The notes below the pieces were generated by a model that saw only the letters and a list, made by a program, of their open reading frames with translations, was not told where the DNA came from and did no database searches. Positions 9,578 to 19,143 of a DNA stretch of 64,000 nt are shown one piece after another. The position numbers and the translations under genes were made by a program. The number at the start of each line of letters is the position of its first letter. The first letter of the stretch is position 1. Source of the stretch: a virus (taxonomy: Duplodnaviria > Caudoviricetes); the IMG/VR virus record IMGVR_UViG_3300028797_000004; one strand, 5' to 3'.

Positions 9578-9598
9578 CGGTACAAAAGATGCTATTAT
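9570..9598 (+). promoter_or_regulatory. sigmaA-type early promoter
   Basis: TTGATT-17-TATTAT with TG extension. Confidence 0.75.
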
Positions 9599-9647
9599 AT
9601 AATCACACCAAACAACCACCTTACACATCTAAGAGGAGGAAGTATAT

Positions 9648-10073
9648 ATGATGAACATAGCTATTCTTTACACGCTGACAACAGCACAGGGCACACCTCA
9701 CAAGAAAGCGATAGTCGTTCGCACAGAGGAAGAGGTTGCTAACATTCTCGAGATCGCATCAAAGTCTGCTGACATCGAGATTGAAGAAGTCATCAAGCCG
9801 GACGGAGGCAACATGCACTACGCAAAATTCTACTGCTGGACTGGTGAAGGGCCTGTAGTCCCTCGCGTTCTTGAGTATGCACGTCTCGTGTACCCAAATC
9901 TTGCACCACTTTCAGACAAAGAGATTGAAGAGAAATACATGTACTGGGGTTCAGAATACGGATTCCACGCAATGTACAACGGAGACACCTGGGTGGTATT
10001 TGACAATATCAACAATCTGCCGCAGGATATGCGTCTTGACGCATACAACAATACTAAGCAGGAGGTCATCTAA
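9648..10073 (+). CDS. early hypothetical protein
   Basis: GAGGAGG RBS after the promoter. Confidence 0.75.
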   Translation: MMNIAILYTLTTAQGTPHKKAIVVRTEEEVANILEIASKSADIEIEEVIKPDGGNMHYAKFYCWTGEGPVVPRVLEYARLVYPNLAPLSDKEIEEKYMYWGSEYGFHAMYNGDTWVVFDNINNLPQDMRLDAYNNTKQEVI

Positions 10074-10075
10074 TC

Positions 10076-10408
10076 ATGAAAGTATTCAGAATTTATCAGC
10101 TGAAGCAGTCACCTAAGCTCCGCTATCACAGATTCACAAACTTAGCCCTCTTGCACAAGGAAGGCAACACAGTTGACAAGGACAATTACAATCTAGTTTA
10201 CACAGCGATTCGTCCTGAAGGCACAACTTACGACATGATTTTCGAAGAGTTCAACCTCTTCCGCCCTTCAGACTTCGAAGGGCATTCACTTTCAGTCAGT
10301 GACGTCATCGTTGACTACACAGATCGTGAAGACCCAAAAGCTGTCTACGTCGACAGCTTCGGATTCAAAGATGTACCTGAGTTCTTCGGCGAGGAGGTGA
10401 ACGCATGA
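10076..10408 (+). CDS. YodL-like protein
   Basis: IYQLK...YNLVY...IFEEFN...PSDFEGHSLSVSDVI...YVDSFGF signature. Confidence 0.85.
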   Translation: MKVFRIYQLKQSPKLRYHRFTNLALLHKEGNTVDKDNYNLVYTAIRPEGTTYDMIFEEFNLFRPSDFEGHSLSVSDVIVDYTDREDPKAVYVDSFGFKDVPEFFGEEVNA

Positions 10409-10671
10409 AAGTTAAAGAGCTCAAGGCGTTGATTGCGTCTATTCCAGATCAGTATGATGAGCTTGAAGTCATTACAACTAATCCGAAATACGAATCGATA
10501 CCAGCTTCTACAAATGCTGTAGAGGTTACAGATGCGGAAGCTGGTTTCGCATTCTTTCCTTACTATCGCATAGATCTTGTGAAAGCACCGATCGGTGCTT
10601 CCTTGCACGAAACCTACACAGACATACCGGACCATAACAGGCCGCTTGAATATGAATCAGAGGAGGGCTGA
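10405..10671 (+). CDS. hypothetical protein
   Basis: MKVKEL...IPD start common in phage proteins; RBS. Confidence 0.7.
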   Translation: MKVKELKALIASIPDQYDELEVITTNPKYESIPASTNAVEVTDAEAGFAFFPYYRIDLVKAPIGASLHETYTDIPDHNRPLEYESEEG

Positions 10672-10673
10672 AC

Positions 10674-11027
10674 ATGACCAAAGCTGAATTCACTAAGCAG
10701 ATTCTCATAGATGCAGCAGCAGTACGTCGTCAGATACTTGCGATACTGCTCGATTTCGAGAATATGATCAACACAGGGACAGCCGCTTCAGTAGGCAATC
10801 TCCCTATCAGCACAAATGCTGCTACTCGTGCTGGTTTCTTAAACTTTCTTAAGCGCCAGTGCATCGAGCTGTCAGACATATATCACTCACTCGGTGTAGC
10901 TTGTTACAACAAACAACCAAATATGATCTGGACAATCCTTACAACGCTACCGCCAAACCACCACCCACTTGTTGCTAATATACTTGAGAAATACCCACCA
11001 GAGGAACTTCCGAGAGGGGTGAAGTAA
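10674..11027 (+). CDS. hypothetical protein
   Basis: GGAGG RBS. Confidence 0.7.
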   Translation: MTKAEFTKQILIDAAAVRRQILAILLDFENMINTGTAASVGNLPISTNAATRAGFLNFLKRQCIELSDIYHSLGVACYNKQPNMIWTILTTLPPNHHPLVANILEKYPPEELPRGVK

Positions 11028-11350
11028 TGGGCTTCATTCAGAAAACACATGTACCTACACCACTTACACCTGAGCAGCAGGTTCAGATGTCTTGGCCAGG
11101 TACTTACAGCATTGACGTATGGGCGTCGGATTGGCTTGAAGCAAAGCCAACTGCTCAGTATCACACAGCTGGGCTGTCAGCGTCCGACTGCGCTGTAAAA
11201 GCAATGCAGTTTATCTTCAATTACTGCAAAGGTAAGCAGCTGGAGATCTCAGATGTAGATCAAGACGAGCTGCTTGACGAATTTATCAACTTCGGAACAG
11301 CTGCTCTTGTAGCTGATAACATAGTGTTTCACATTGAACTGAATCGTTAG
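11027..11350 (+). CDS. hypothetical protein
   Basis: TAATG-coupled. Confidence 0.7.
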   Translation: MGFIQKTHVPTPLTPEQQVQMSWPGTYSIDVWASDWLEAKPTAQYHTAGLSASDCAVKAMQFIFNYCKGKQLEISDVDQDELLDEFINFGTAALVADNIVFHIELNR

Positions 11351-11418
11351 TAGCTGTATACTAACTTAGGTGTATCTAAGTTATTTATAAAATTTTAATT
11401 AAAAAGGAGAAATGAATC

Positions 11419-12387
11419 ATGAGCGCAAATATTGACACAATGGTTCACGTAGGTAAGCTTCCTTGGCACGGCTTATCTATAGAGCTCGAAGAAGTACCTA
11501 CAGATCCGCAGCAGATTGTTGCAGCTGCGCAGCTGGACTGGACAGTTGCTGCAACACGCATGTACACAGAGCTTCACGACAGCGTGAAGAATTACAAAGC
11601 AATCTATAGAGAGGACAACAACGATGTCCTCGGCGTAGCAAACATTGCAAATCCTCATTTCGCACAGAACACAGATATGTTCAACGCTTTTGGCGACATC
11701 TTGAACAAGGAAGTAGCATTCGAGACTGCTGCCAGCCTCGGTATCGGCGAAAAGGTATTCGGCTGCTTCAAGATCAATGATAGTTACAAGATCTTTGACG
11801 ACCAGATTGATCACTACCTTGTAGTAGTGAATGACCATCTCAAACCAGATGGTAAAATTACCATCATCAACACACCTGTAAGAGTTGTATGTCAGAATAC
11901 ACTTACAGAAGCTCTCAGCACTGCAGTTCTGAAGTATAGAATCAAATGCTCCCAGGACCTCAATCTCAACGCAACCCTTGCAAATCACATGATTTCAGCA
12001 TACGCAGACACACAGCAGATCCTTACTGCTCAAGCTGAAGCAATGTACAAGCAGAAAGTATCTCGTGAACAGATTGATAAGTTCTTAGATGAGCTGTTCC
12101 CTCTTATTCAAGCAGACGAAAGTTCTGAGCACCAGAAAGCTAATGAGCGTGTACTCATGCTCAGGGAGCAGTTCATCACACAGTGTGTCAACGCAGACAA
12201 CCTTCAGAACTTCAAAGGTACACAGTATCAGCTGTTCAATGCAGTTACTGACTGGGATCTGCATTACTTCAAGAATTCAGATGACGGGCTTGACCTTGAT
12301 CAGCGCATGAAGCGCCTGCCAGGTATTGCTGGTGAGGGTACAATCACTAAGAAAGCACTCAAGGTCCTGAAAGCATTAGCAGCATAA
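11419..12387 (+). CDS. DUF932 / LGT_TIGR03299-family protein
   Basis: MSANIDTM...PWHGL, LDWTV, FETAASL, TPVRVVCQNTL, YQLFNAVTDW. Confidence 0.9.
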   Translation: MSANIDTMVHVGKLPWHGLSIELEEVPTDPQQIVAAAQLDWTVAATRMYTELHDSVKNYKAIYREDNNDVLGVANIANPHFAQNTDMFNAFGDILNKEVAFETAASLGIGEKVFGCFKINDSYKIFDDQIDHYLVVVNDHLKPDGKITIINTPVRVVCQNTLTEALSTAVLKYRIKCSQDLNLNATLANHMISAYADTQQILTAQAEAMYKQKVSREQIDKFLDELFPLIQADESSEHQKANERVLMLREQFITQCVNADNLQNFKGTQYQLFNAVTDWDLHYFKNSDDGLDLDQRMKRLPGIAGEGTITKKALKVLKALAA

Positions 12388-12499
12388 CCTCTCAGGTAGC
12401 TGCGCAATTGATCATGAAAGTTTATAAGTTTAGTAGATATTTGTTACCTGCTATGCTTAAACTTTCGTCTCGTTAAGTCTCGCATTAGCTCAAAGGTAA

Positions 12500-12530
12500 A
12501 GGCGTACCACCAGGTACGCCTCTTCTTTTT
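12500..12530. terminator. bidirectional intrinsic terminator between convergent genes
   Basis: AGGCGTACC-ACCA-GGTACGCCT followed by T-rich run. Confidence 0.75.
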
Positions 12531-13294
12531 CAATCTTCGTACATGCCTTCTCCGGACTTCAATCTCTTGTAGAGTTCATTCATCGCATGAGGTAGTGTCT
12601 TTTTAAGCTCTGCGAAGCTAACGCCGTATAAATCGGCAATCTGATATAGGTCTACATCTGTTAGTCGAGCTTCTCTGGACACCATCTCTTGAATCAGCAA
12701 CCCTTCAAGGTCGTCATACTCATCTGTGAGATACTTAGATATATCGGTTCGTCCTTCGTCTGGGGCTGGCATATATAGCTCATGTTCGGACAAGTCCGCC
12801 CAGTAGATGGATCCGAATATCGCTTTCAAGCTTGTCATTTCGTCCGCTGGTAGATCAACTTTCGACAAGTCCTCATATCTGACTTGCCCCCAATGCTTGC
12901 CGAGTTGAGCACCAGCTTTCATGCATAAGGTTCGCCGCAATGAATACTTCACCTCATTCAACTCTCGTTCAATCATCTCAGCAACTCTAAGCTTAAAGAA
13001 CGATGTAAACGATACATCTTTGCGATACCCCTTATGATTTTCATCGCCTTCCCACCTGTACCACCACCAGCATTCACAAAAGTGAACTAATGCTGACTGA
13101 AACTTATCTAGATATTCAACAGACGTGTTGTTGATAAACGTGTCCTTCGCAATAAATCCGAAGAACGTATAATTCAACTTGATAATCTGATCTCTCACGT
13201 CTATGCGGGCCATTCTAGCATTCTTCTCTTGTGGTAGTGAGTCATACAATCTCAGTGTTTCCTCTTTTACACTGTTGTATGCTTCATTTTTCAT
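12530..13294 (-). CDS. phage sigma-70-family factor (sporulation-sigma-like)
   Basis: Region-2-like RDQIIKLNY...YLDKFQSAL...SFTSFFKLRV..MIEREL; region-4-like HTH LYQIADLYGVS..ELKK....AM..L. Confidence 0.7.
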   Translation of the reverse strand: MKNEAYNSVKEETLRLYDSLPQEKNARMARIDVRDQIIKLNYTFFGFIAKDTFINNTSVEYLDKFQSALVHFCECWWWYRWEGDENHKGYRKDVSFTSFFKLRVAEMIERELNEVKYSLRRTLCMKAGAQLGKHWGQVRYEDLSKVDLPADEMTSLKAIFGSIYWADLSEHELYMPAPDEGRTDISKYLTDEYDDLEGLLIQEMVSREARLTDVDLYQIADLYGVSFAELKKTLPHAMNELYKRLKSGEGMYED

Positions 13295-13327
13295 CTCATA
13301 TCACACTCCCTTCCAGGTGATATAATA

Positions 13328-13356
13328 ATTATATGGTGGTTTGATTCAGAAGTCAA
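13328..13356 (-). promoter_or_regulatory. sigmaA promoter for the sigma gene
   Basis: Minus strand TTGACT-17-TATAAT. Confidence 0.8.
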
Positions 13357-13469
13357 GATGATTTGAAAAATCTCCGAAGGTAAAAACCTAACGAAATTTA
13401 GCAGAAATTTTCGTATAGAATTAACGAAATCGGCTAAAATCGTCAGATCGTGCAGAAGGGGTTGCGCTC

Positions 13470-13615
13470 GCGCATTAGTACGCACATGCGCGCGTGCGCA
13501 TTAGTACGCATACGCGCATTAAATCATGACATGTTTGAAAAGATACAGATAAATACATACAATAAAAACAAGAGAATACAATCAATCATGACATGTATAT
13601 TAAATTAAATTTTTG
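13470..13615. repeat. iteron-like repeats plus AT-rich tract; candidate replication origin
   Basis: GCGCATTAGTACGCA x2 (13470, 13496) plus partial copy (13514); AATCATGACATGT x2 (13522, 13584); lies upstream of the replication operon. Confidence 0.5.
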
Positions 13616-13819
13616 TGTAGATCTGAGATGCGTTCTGTACAGATCTAGAATCTGAACCCTGAACTACTTCACGTGACGATGTGAAGCATGGATAAGATAT
13701 CCTGCGGCGAATTAAACTTTTTAATTATTTGATTTGGAAGCAATTTGTTGAATTATTGGTAGAATCTAGTAAAATTATTAATAGATGATTAAAATTTCGT
13801 AAATCTTTTTCAAAACTTA

Positions 13820-13848
13820 TTGACTTCTCATAGGCGAGGGCTTATAAT
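13820..13848 (+). promoter_or_regulatory. sigmaA promoter
   Basis: TTGACT-17-TATAAT. Confidence 0.8.
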
Positions 13849-13890
13849 ATTTACATGACGTGAAAGAAAAATGTTGGACACACATCATCC

Positions 13891-14010
13891 AGAAGTGGTG
13901 TAAGTTCAGCTGCATAGTCCTAGCGAAGAGGACTTCTGGTATTTCTGCATGCGTGCAGATCTACCTCTCGCTGGCACATGTGCAGTTGAGCTTACACCAC
14001 TTTTTGTTTG
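13891..14010 (+). ncRNA. candidate long-hairpin RNA / attenuator
   Basis: 24-bp outer stem whose three non-Watson-Crick pairs are all G-U; inner stems; U-rich tail. Confidence 0.45.
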
Positions 14011-14030
14011 TACGAAATGAGGTGATCGTT

Positions 14031-14864
14031 ATGAATGATAAACCAGTCAACTTTGCTACGGCATTGAATTCTTCGGTTCGAGTACTCAAGTACAGTCGAG
14101 CTCAGTTTGAGCTCAAAGGCGATCTGAAGTTAACTGATAATCTGCACATGCGGGAGATGCTGAATAATCTATTAGACTCTGCTGCATATCTGTGCAGTAC
14201 TCTTGGCGAGTCTGATATGCTTATAGCATTGCAGTCTATGAAGCCTATCCCAGAACTGCTTCAGCCATATTTGCTTCCTGCTCAAGCTCGACCTACTGCT
14301 GAAAGTTCAGAACCTCAGATATCTTGGAAGAAAATTATGTTTAAGTATCATACAGCAATTGATACATTGATTACGCCTGCAGGCGCTTCTCAAGTTACTG
14401 CACACAGTATACATCTGCTCAAGCAATGGTTTCATGCTAGGTTCCAAGTTACTTCGTGTAAGTGTGATGTGAATTCTATGCCGAATTACTTCTTATGTTT
14501 CATTCTTGCGCTGAGTGCAGCAATTGAAGCTGGTCAATTCAGTGCTTTTCAATCTGAATTGAATCATTGGTGTGAGCAAGTGTTATGCGGCGAAGCTACA
14601 TATGTTTTTCCTCAGTGCTGCGTACCAGCTTGGGAGGCGATGAAGTCCGCACAACTTGTAGTTCCGTATGTAACTCGTACAAGCGTTATCATATGGGGTG
14701 AGTTGTATCGTACGTCTTTACGAGATCTATTCAATTGGGAATACAGACCTGCTGCTCTAGATCGTGACGCTGTATTTGACTTAGTTGACGCAGCTACACG
14801 AAGAAAGCTTAAACAGCTGATTGCTGCAGAGTCTAAGTCTGTAGTGAAAGGGGAAGCTAAATGA
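14031..14864 (+). CDS. hypothetical protein, first gene of the replication operon
   Basis: GAGGTG RBS before ATG 14031. Confidence 0.7.
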   Translation: MNDKPVNFATALNSSVRVLKYSRAQFELKGDLKLTDNLHMREMLNNLLDSAAYLCSTLGESDMLIALQSMKPIPELLQPYLLPAQARPTAESSEPQISWKKIMFKYHTAIDTLITPAGASQVTAHSIHLLKQWFHARFQVTSCKCDVNSMPNYFLCFILALSAAIEAGQFSAFQSELNHWCEQVLCGEATYVFPQCCVPAWEAMKSAQLVVPYVTRTSVIIWGELYRTSLRDLFNWEYRPAALDRDAVFDLVDAATRRKLKQLIAAESKSVVKGEAK

Positions 14865-16135
14865 AAAATTTAATTTTTACTCAGCTTACAGAACAGCTGC
14901 CTTATCCTCCGCAAGTAAAAGGAAAACTGTCCTCGCTTCATAGTTCTGTCATTGCTGCAGCAATTGATAAATTTCAAGATACTCGAAGTTTTAAAACAGA
15001 CGTGATTGACGTGCTGAACTGCTTGTCTTATTGTATACTGACTAATACGGCTGTACATACAGTATGGAGTATCAATGACCCCCTCATCTTGACTAACTGT
15101 GATGATCTACTTGATAGCCCTGAACTGCTTCCTACATTAGGTGAGCTGTTTATTTCTTATTCGGACGTATCCTGGGACGTTGAAGAGTCCGAAGTACCTG
15201 TAACTATTGGTAATGTAAATCAGGCCTTGCAAGAGTTTGAATCTGCACAACGTGAAGCTAATTTTTCTATATCTAATGATTCTGGGCTCACAGATGCTCT
15301 ATTTGCGAAACCTGAAATTGTTGATCTTAACTCTCGACGTGAAGAGCAGCTTGCAGCGGAAGAAGCTAATCAGCCAACACCTAAGTTTCATCTGCTATTA
15401 GGTCATTCACCGTTTCCTCAGTTTGATTATAATTCTATCTGGTTTCACCAGATCATCAACAGTACAGAGTACACTATGTATCGCACTCTGCCTGAGATCC
15501 CGACTAACCAGTCAGAGATAACTATTACTACTGATCCAGGTAAGCTTACAGCTAAAGACCGAGCTAAGCTGTTCCCAAACAGAGTTATTCATGTGCGACC
15601 TCAGGAGATGCACATACCTGTTACTGGTCTGCCATTTGATGAAACTCTAGGTACAATTATTCCTATATCTGGATTCTCAGAAGAGCAGGTGCGAAGAAAT
15701 ATCATTGAGTATCCTCACTTCCATATGCTGATGAAGCATGCAGATGCTCCTGATTCTGAGAATTTTGGTATCAGATCGTTTGGCGCATCTATTGAAATTG
15801 ATGGTGAGCTTCTAGATCTGACTCAAGAGGAGTCTTGGGAGCAGGTGCCAGATCTGAATAAGCTGCCTAGGACAGCTAAATTCAGAAATGAATATGTAAT
15901 TCGCAGATACCTTCTTGAGCGTGACATCATAGGTATTGAACATAAGTACTCGATGTATGGTGCGCTTCAGAAGTTTCTTACATTGTTCATGCCCGCAGAG
16001 CAGTACTTGGCTCTCGGTTATGATCCTGATAAGATTGCAGAACAGTGTGTAAAGTCTCGTGTTAACTTCTACTTGACCCGCAACCCTATACTTCGTATGG
16101 CGTACGGTGATAAGGTATTTCAGCTAATGCGATAA
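14861..16135 (+). CDS. hypothetical protein in the replication operon
   Basis: 424-aa ATGA-coupled ORF, no recognised motif. Confidence 0.75.
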   Translation: MKNLIFTQLTEQLPYPPQVKGKLSSLHSSVIAAAIDKFQDTRSFKTDVIDVLNCLSYCILTNTAVHTVWSINDPLILTNCDDLLDSPELLPTLGELFISYSDVSWDVEESEVPVTIGNVNQALQEFESAQREANFSISNDSGLTDALFAKPEIVDLNSRREEQLAAEEANQPTPKFHLLLGHSPFPQFDYNSIWFHQIINSTEYTMYRTLPEIPTNQSEITITTDPGKLTAKDRAKLFPNRVIHVRPQEMHIPVTGLPFDETLGTIIPISGFSEEQVRRNIIEYPHFHMLMKHADAPDSENFGIRSFGASIEIDGELLDLTQEESWEQVPDLNKLPRTAKFRNEYVIRRYLLERDIIGIEHKYSMYGALQKFLTLFMPAEQYLALGYDPDKIAEQCVKSRVNFYLTRNPILRMAYGDKVFQLMR

Positions 16136-16151
16136 GTTAGGGGGTGACAGT

Positions 16152-16769
16152 TTGAAGAAATCATGTATCCTCTTCGGCAAATGTGTGAAGCCTAGATGTG
16201 ATTTCTCTTGTCCGGAATACGCAGAGACAGACTATCTTCTGTCTCGCAATAACATTTCTTTAGCAAACAAAGTGTTTCATGCTAACAAACGACAGATTCG
16301 ACACTACAGTGACCTGATGGATTGTTATCCTGACAAGTTAACAACAGTGTTTGTTCGTAACACAGCTGATACGTCAACTATCGACACAGCTCAGCTACTG
16401 ACATACATTGCTGTTTGTAAGAAATGGAAAGGTAATACGCTGCACTGTAGCGTGTACCATCTACATTTTTCATCGTATCTAGACGATATGCAGAGGAGTT
16501 GGGGGACTCCTTCTGAAGCGTTTGAGTATCAAAAGATTTGGATAAAATCTGCAAAAATTTTGATTATATCTAGTATAGACTACGTTCAGTTTAAGGACTT
16601 CCCGTCTCAAGCATTGTTAAATATCATTCAAGGTCGTAAGATTGACGGCCTTTGCACAATAGTTGTTTCTCCACCAACTAATGAACTCCTTGGAGATAGA
16701 AATTCTATGTTTTTCAGTAAGCTGAAGGACATGCTTAATTCTTCCGAGGAAGGTAGGGGACAGAGATGA
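16152..16769 (+). CDS. DnaC/IstB-like helicase loader with degenerate Walker motifs
   Basis: N-terminal Cys cluster; SAKILIISSID, LLNIIQGR...TIVVS; directly upstream of dnaB. Confidence 0.55.
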   Translation: MKKSCILFGKCVKPRCDFSCPEYAETDYLLSRNNISLANKVFHANKRQIRHYSDLMDCYPDKLTTVFVRNTADTSTIDTAQLLTYIAVCKKWKGNTLHCSVYHLHFSSYLDDMQRSWGTPSEAFEYQKIWIKSAKILIISSIDYVQFKDFPSQALLNIIQGRKIDGLCTIVVSPPTNELLGDRNSMFFSKLKDMLNSSEEGRGQR

Positions 16770-18148
16770 GTGTAGCAGGTTCAATTGAACTGCAAATGAT
16801 TTCCAAAATTTTAACATCACAAGATCCTGCACAGGTAGAAATCTTATGTGGGTTTGGTCCAGAATACTATGACATTCTGCAACCGCATATAAAGTTTATC
16901 TTGCAGCATAAAGAAACTTACGGGAATGTGCCTGATGTGTTTACATTTCAGGCAGAATTCAATGATATAAATTTAGTTGCTGTATCAGAGGATACAGAAT
17001 ATCTTTGCCAAGGTATTATCAAGAATCGAGAGCGTATCCTGCTACTTCAAACATTCAACAAAGTAAAGATGCTTGGTGTAGACGACGCAACTGCGGCATG
17101 GGAATATATTCACCAACAGTATCTGGAGTTTGAAGGTCTTGGTACTAATCTGCCTGAGGACATTGTTCACAATGCGAAAGAGCGTAGTCGAAAGATTGTA
17201 GAGATGAGCAAACAAGCTCGTATCCCTACAGGTTTCGATGAGATAGACGAAGTCATGTATGGTGGTCTGTCTACTGTTGAGGAACTGTTCATAATCATTG
17301 CTCGAACCAATTCTGGTAAGAGCTGGGTAGGTGCGCAGATGGCTGAAGCTGCTCAGAAGCACGGGTTCAATGTCTTGTATTATTCTCCTGAGATGCAGAG
17401 CGCGTATCTTGCTACCAGATTCGACACTTGGCGTGGTCACTTTGAAAACAGCAAACTTTACTGCGGTGATTATGACGAGAACTATTACAAATACTTGGAG
17501 GATCTAGAATCTCAAGATTCAGCTATCTACGTCTTGGAGGACAAAGATGCCCCTGGCGGTGTAGTAGATGTACCGTACCTTGATAAATTAGTCTCTAAGC
17601 TACACATAGGTGAAGTCATCATTGACGGTATCTCCTATGTCCAAGATGCGAAGAAAGCTACATATACGCATGATCAGTTTAAGAACATCGCTGGCGACTT
17701 GTTTCAGATGAGCAAGAAACGTCATTGTGCGGTGTGTGTAATGATGCAAGCTAACAGAGAGACTCAGAATTGTAAAGATGAAAAAGGTGAGATTTTCCCT
17801 ACCATATTTCAAGCTGAGGGTTCTGATCAGCCTGCAAGAATTGCAACTACAGTGTTCACTATGCGTCAGATATTTGATCGTCACGTGCTGGATCTTCGCT
17901 TAGAGAAGGCAAGATCCGCTAAGAATCAGAAACAAACATTCAGCTATGCTTGGGACATTAACACAGGTACAAAGGATTATATGCCAGGAGATTCTGCAGA
18001 CGGTTCTATTGCCCCTCAGGGTGTAGCTCCTGCGTCACCTAATGTCCATGTAGACCTCCCGAACATATCTGTTCCAACTTTATCTCCTTTTGCTGTCCCT
18101 GAGGTAAGCCCAGTAGTCGATTCAGAGGAGGATGTAGATTTTGACTGA
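16766..18148 (+). CDS. dnaB: replicative DnaB-like (SF4) helicase
   Basis: IPTGF..ID....GGL, Walker A ARTNSGKS, YSPEM, IIDG, QANR, EKAR. Confidence 0.9.
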   Translation: MSVAGSIELQMISKILTSQDPAQVEILCGFGPEYYDILQPHIKFILQHKETYGNVPDVFTFQAEFNDINLVAVSEDTEYLCQGIIKNRERILLLQTFNKVKMLGVDDATAAWEYIHQQYLEFEGLGTNLPEDIVHNAKERSRKIVEMSKQARIPTGFDEIDEVMYGGLSTVEELFIIIARTNSGKSWVGAQMAEAAQKHGFNVLYYSPEMQSAYLATRFDTWRGHFENSKLYCGDYDENYYKYLEDLESQDSAIYVLEDKDAPGGVVDVPYLDKLVSKLHIGEVIIDGISYVQDAKKATYTHDQFKNIAGDLFQMSKKRHCAVCVMMQANRETQNCKDEKGEIFPTIFQAEGSDQPARIATTVFTMRQIFDRHVLDLRLEKARSAKNQKQTFSYAWDINTGTKDYMPGDSADGSIAPQGVAPASPNVHVDLPNISVPTLSPFAVPEVSPVVDSEEDVDFD

Positions 18149-19139
18149 TATTGCAACAATTGTTGAGCAGCTTGATGCGTTCGGACTGATACGCAAAGCA
18201 CAAGTACGAGGTCAGTGGTATTCTATTTATTGCCCATATCACAGTGATGGTCAAGAGAAGAAGCCTTCCTGCGGCATATCGCTTGTAGACGAATATCGTG
18301 CAGGGCGTCACTACCGTTCTGGTACACTTCATTGCTTCGCTTGTGGTGCAGTAAAGTCTCTTCCTGAATTAGTCGATGATATGATAAAAATTCATAACAT
18401 TGATCAAGCAAGTAGGGATTGGCTTACTGAAAATATAGCTGGCTATGACGCAGATAATTCTGATTTTGAAAAGCTGATCCCCGATGAGCTTTCTGAGTCT
18501 GTAGAAAACAGATTTGCGCTTCAGAGCATTCTTACGGCTTCTTTCTATCAGCGTAAAGCATTTGTTTCTGAAGAAGAATTAGCTTCTTACAGATATACTG
18601 TACCATACATGTATGAGCGTAAGCTTACAGACGAACTCATAGAGAAATTTGATATTGGTGTAGATATGAATTTTGTCCCGCCTGGGAGAAAGCAAGCTCT
18701 GCCGTGTATTACATTTCCTGTGCGGGATATTCAAGGCAGGACGCTGTTCTTATGTCGACGTTCTATTGAAGGTAAATTCTTCAACTACCCTCAAGGTATC
18801 ACCAAACCTGTGTATGGTATCTATGAATTACCTAAGGACTGCAAACGTGTATACATCTGTGAAAGCTGTTTCAACGCACTGACGTGTTGGCGATATGGTG
18901 AATACGCTGTAGCTCTGCTAGGCACTGGTAACGCTACACAAATACAGCAGCTCAAGCAATTAGGTGTTACTGAATTTGTCATTGCTCTTGACCCTGATGA
19001 AGCTGGCCGCAAAGGCACTCAGAAACTGATGAAAGCTCTTAGCTCTGTAGCTATCGTCTGGGCACTTACAGGTGTACCTGAAGGTAAAGATATCAATGAT
19101 TTAACAGAAGAAGAATTTAGAGCATTAGAATTGGAGTGA
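18141..19139 (+). CDS. dnaG: DNA primase (CHC2 zinc finger + TOPRIM)
   Basis: CPYH...PS...HCFACG; YICES..NAL; ALDPDEAG; KDIND. Confidence 0.9.
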   Translation: MTDIATIVEQLDAFGLIRKAQVRGQWYSIYCPYHSDGQEKKPSCGISLVDEYRAGRHYRSGTLHCFACGAVKSLPELVDDMIKIHNIDQASRDWLTENIAGYDADNSDFEKLIPDELSESVENRFALQSILTASFYQRKAFVSEEELASYRYTVPYMYERKLTDELIEKFDIGVDMNFVPPGRKQALPCITFPVRDIQGRTLFLCRRSIEGKFFNYPQGITKPVYGIYELPKDCKRVYICESCFNALTCWRYGEYAVALLGTGNATQIQQLKQLGVTEFVIALDPDEAGRKGTQKLMKALSSVAIVWALTGVPEGKDINDLTEEEFRALELE

Positions 19140-19143
19140 TAAA

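Noticed and set aside
13860-14030. N-terminal extension of ORF 13860-14864 in the ORF track
   Set aside because: It overlaps the TSS and hairpin, and the RBS supports ATG 14031
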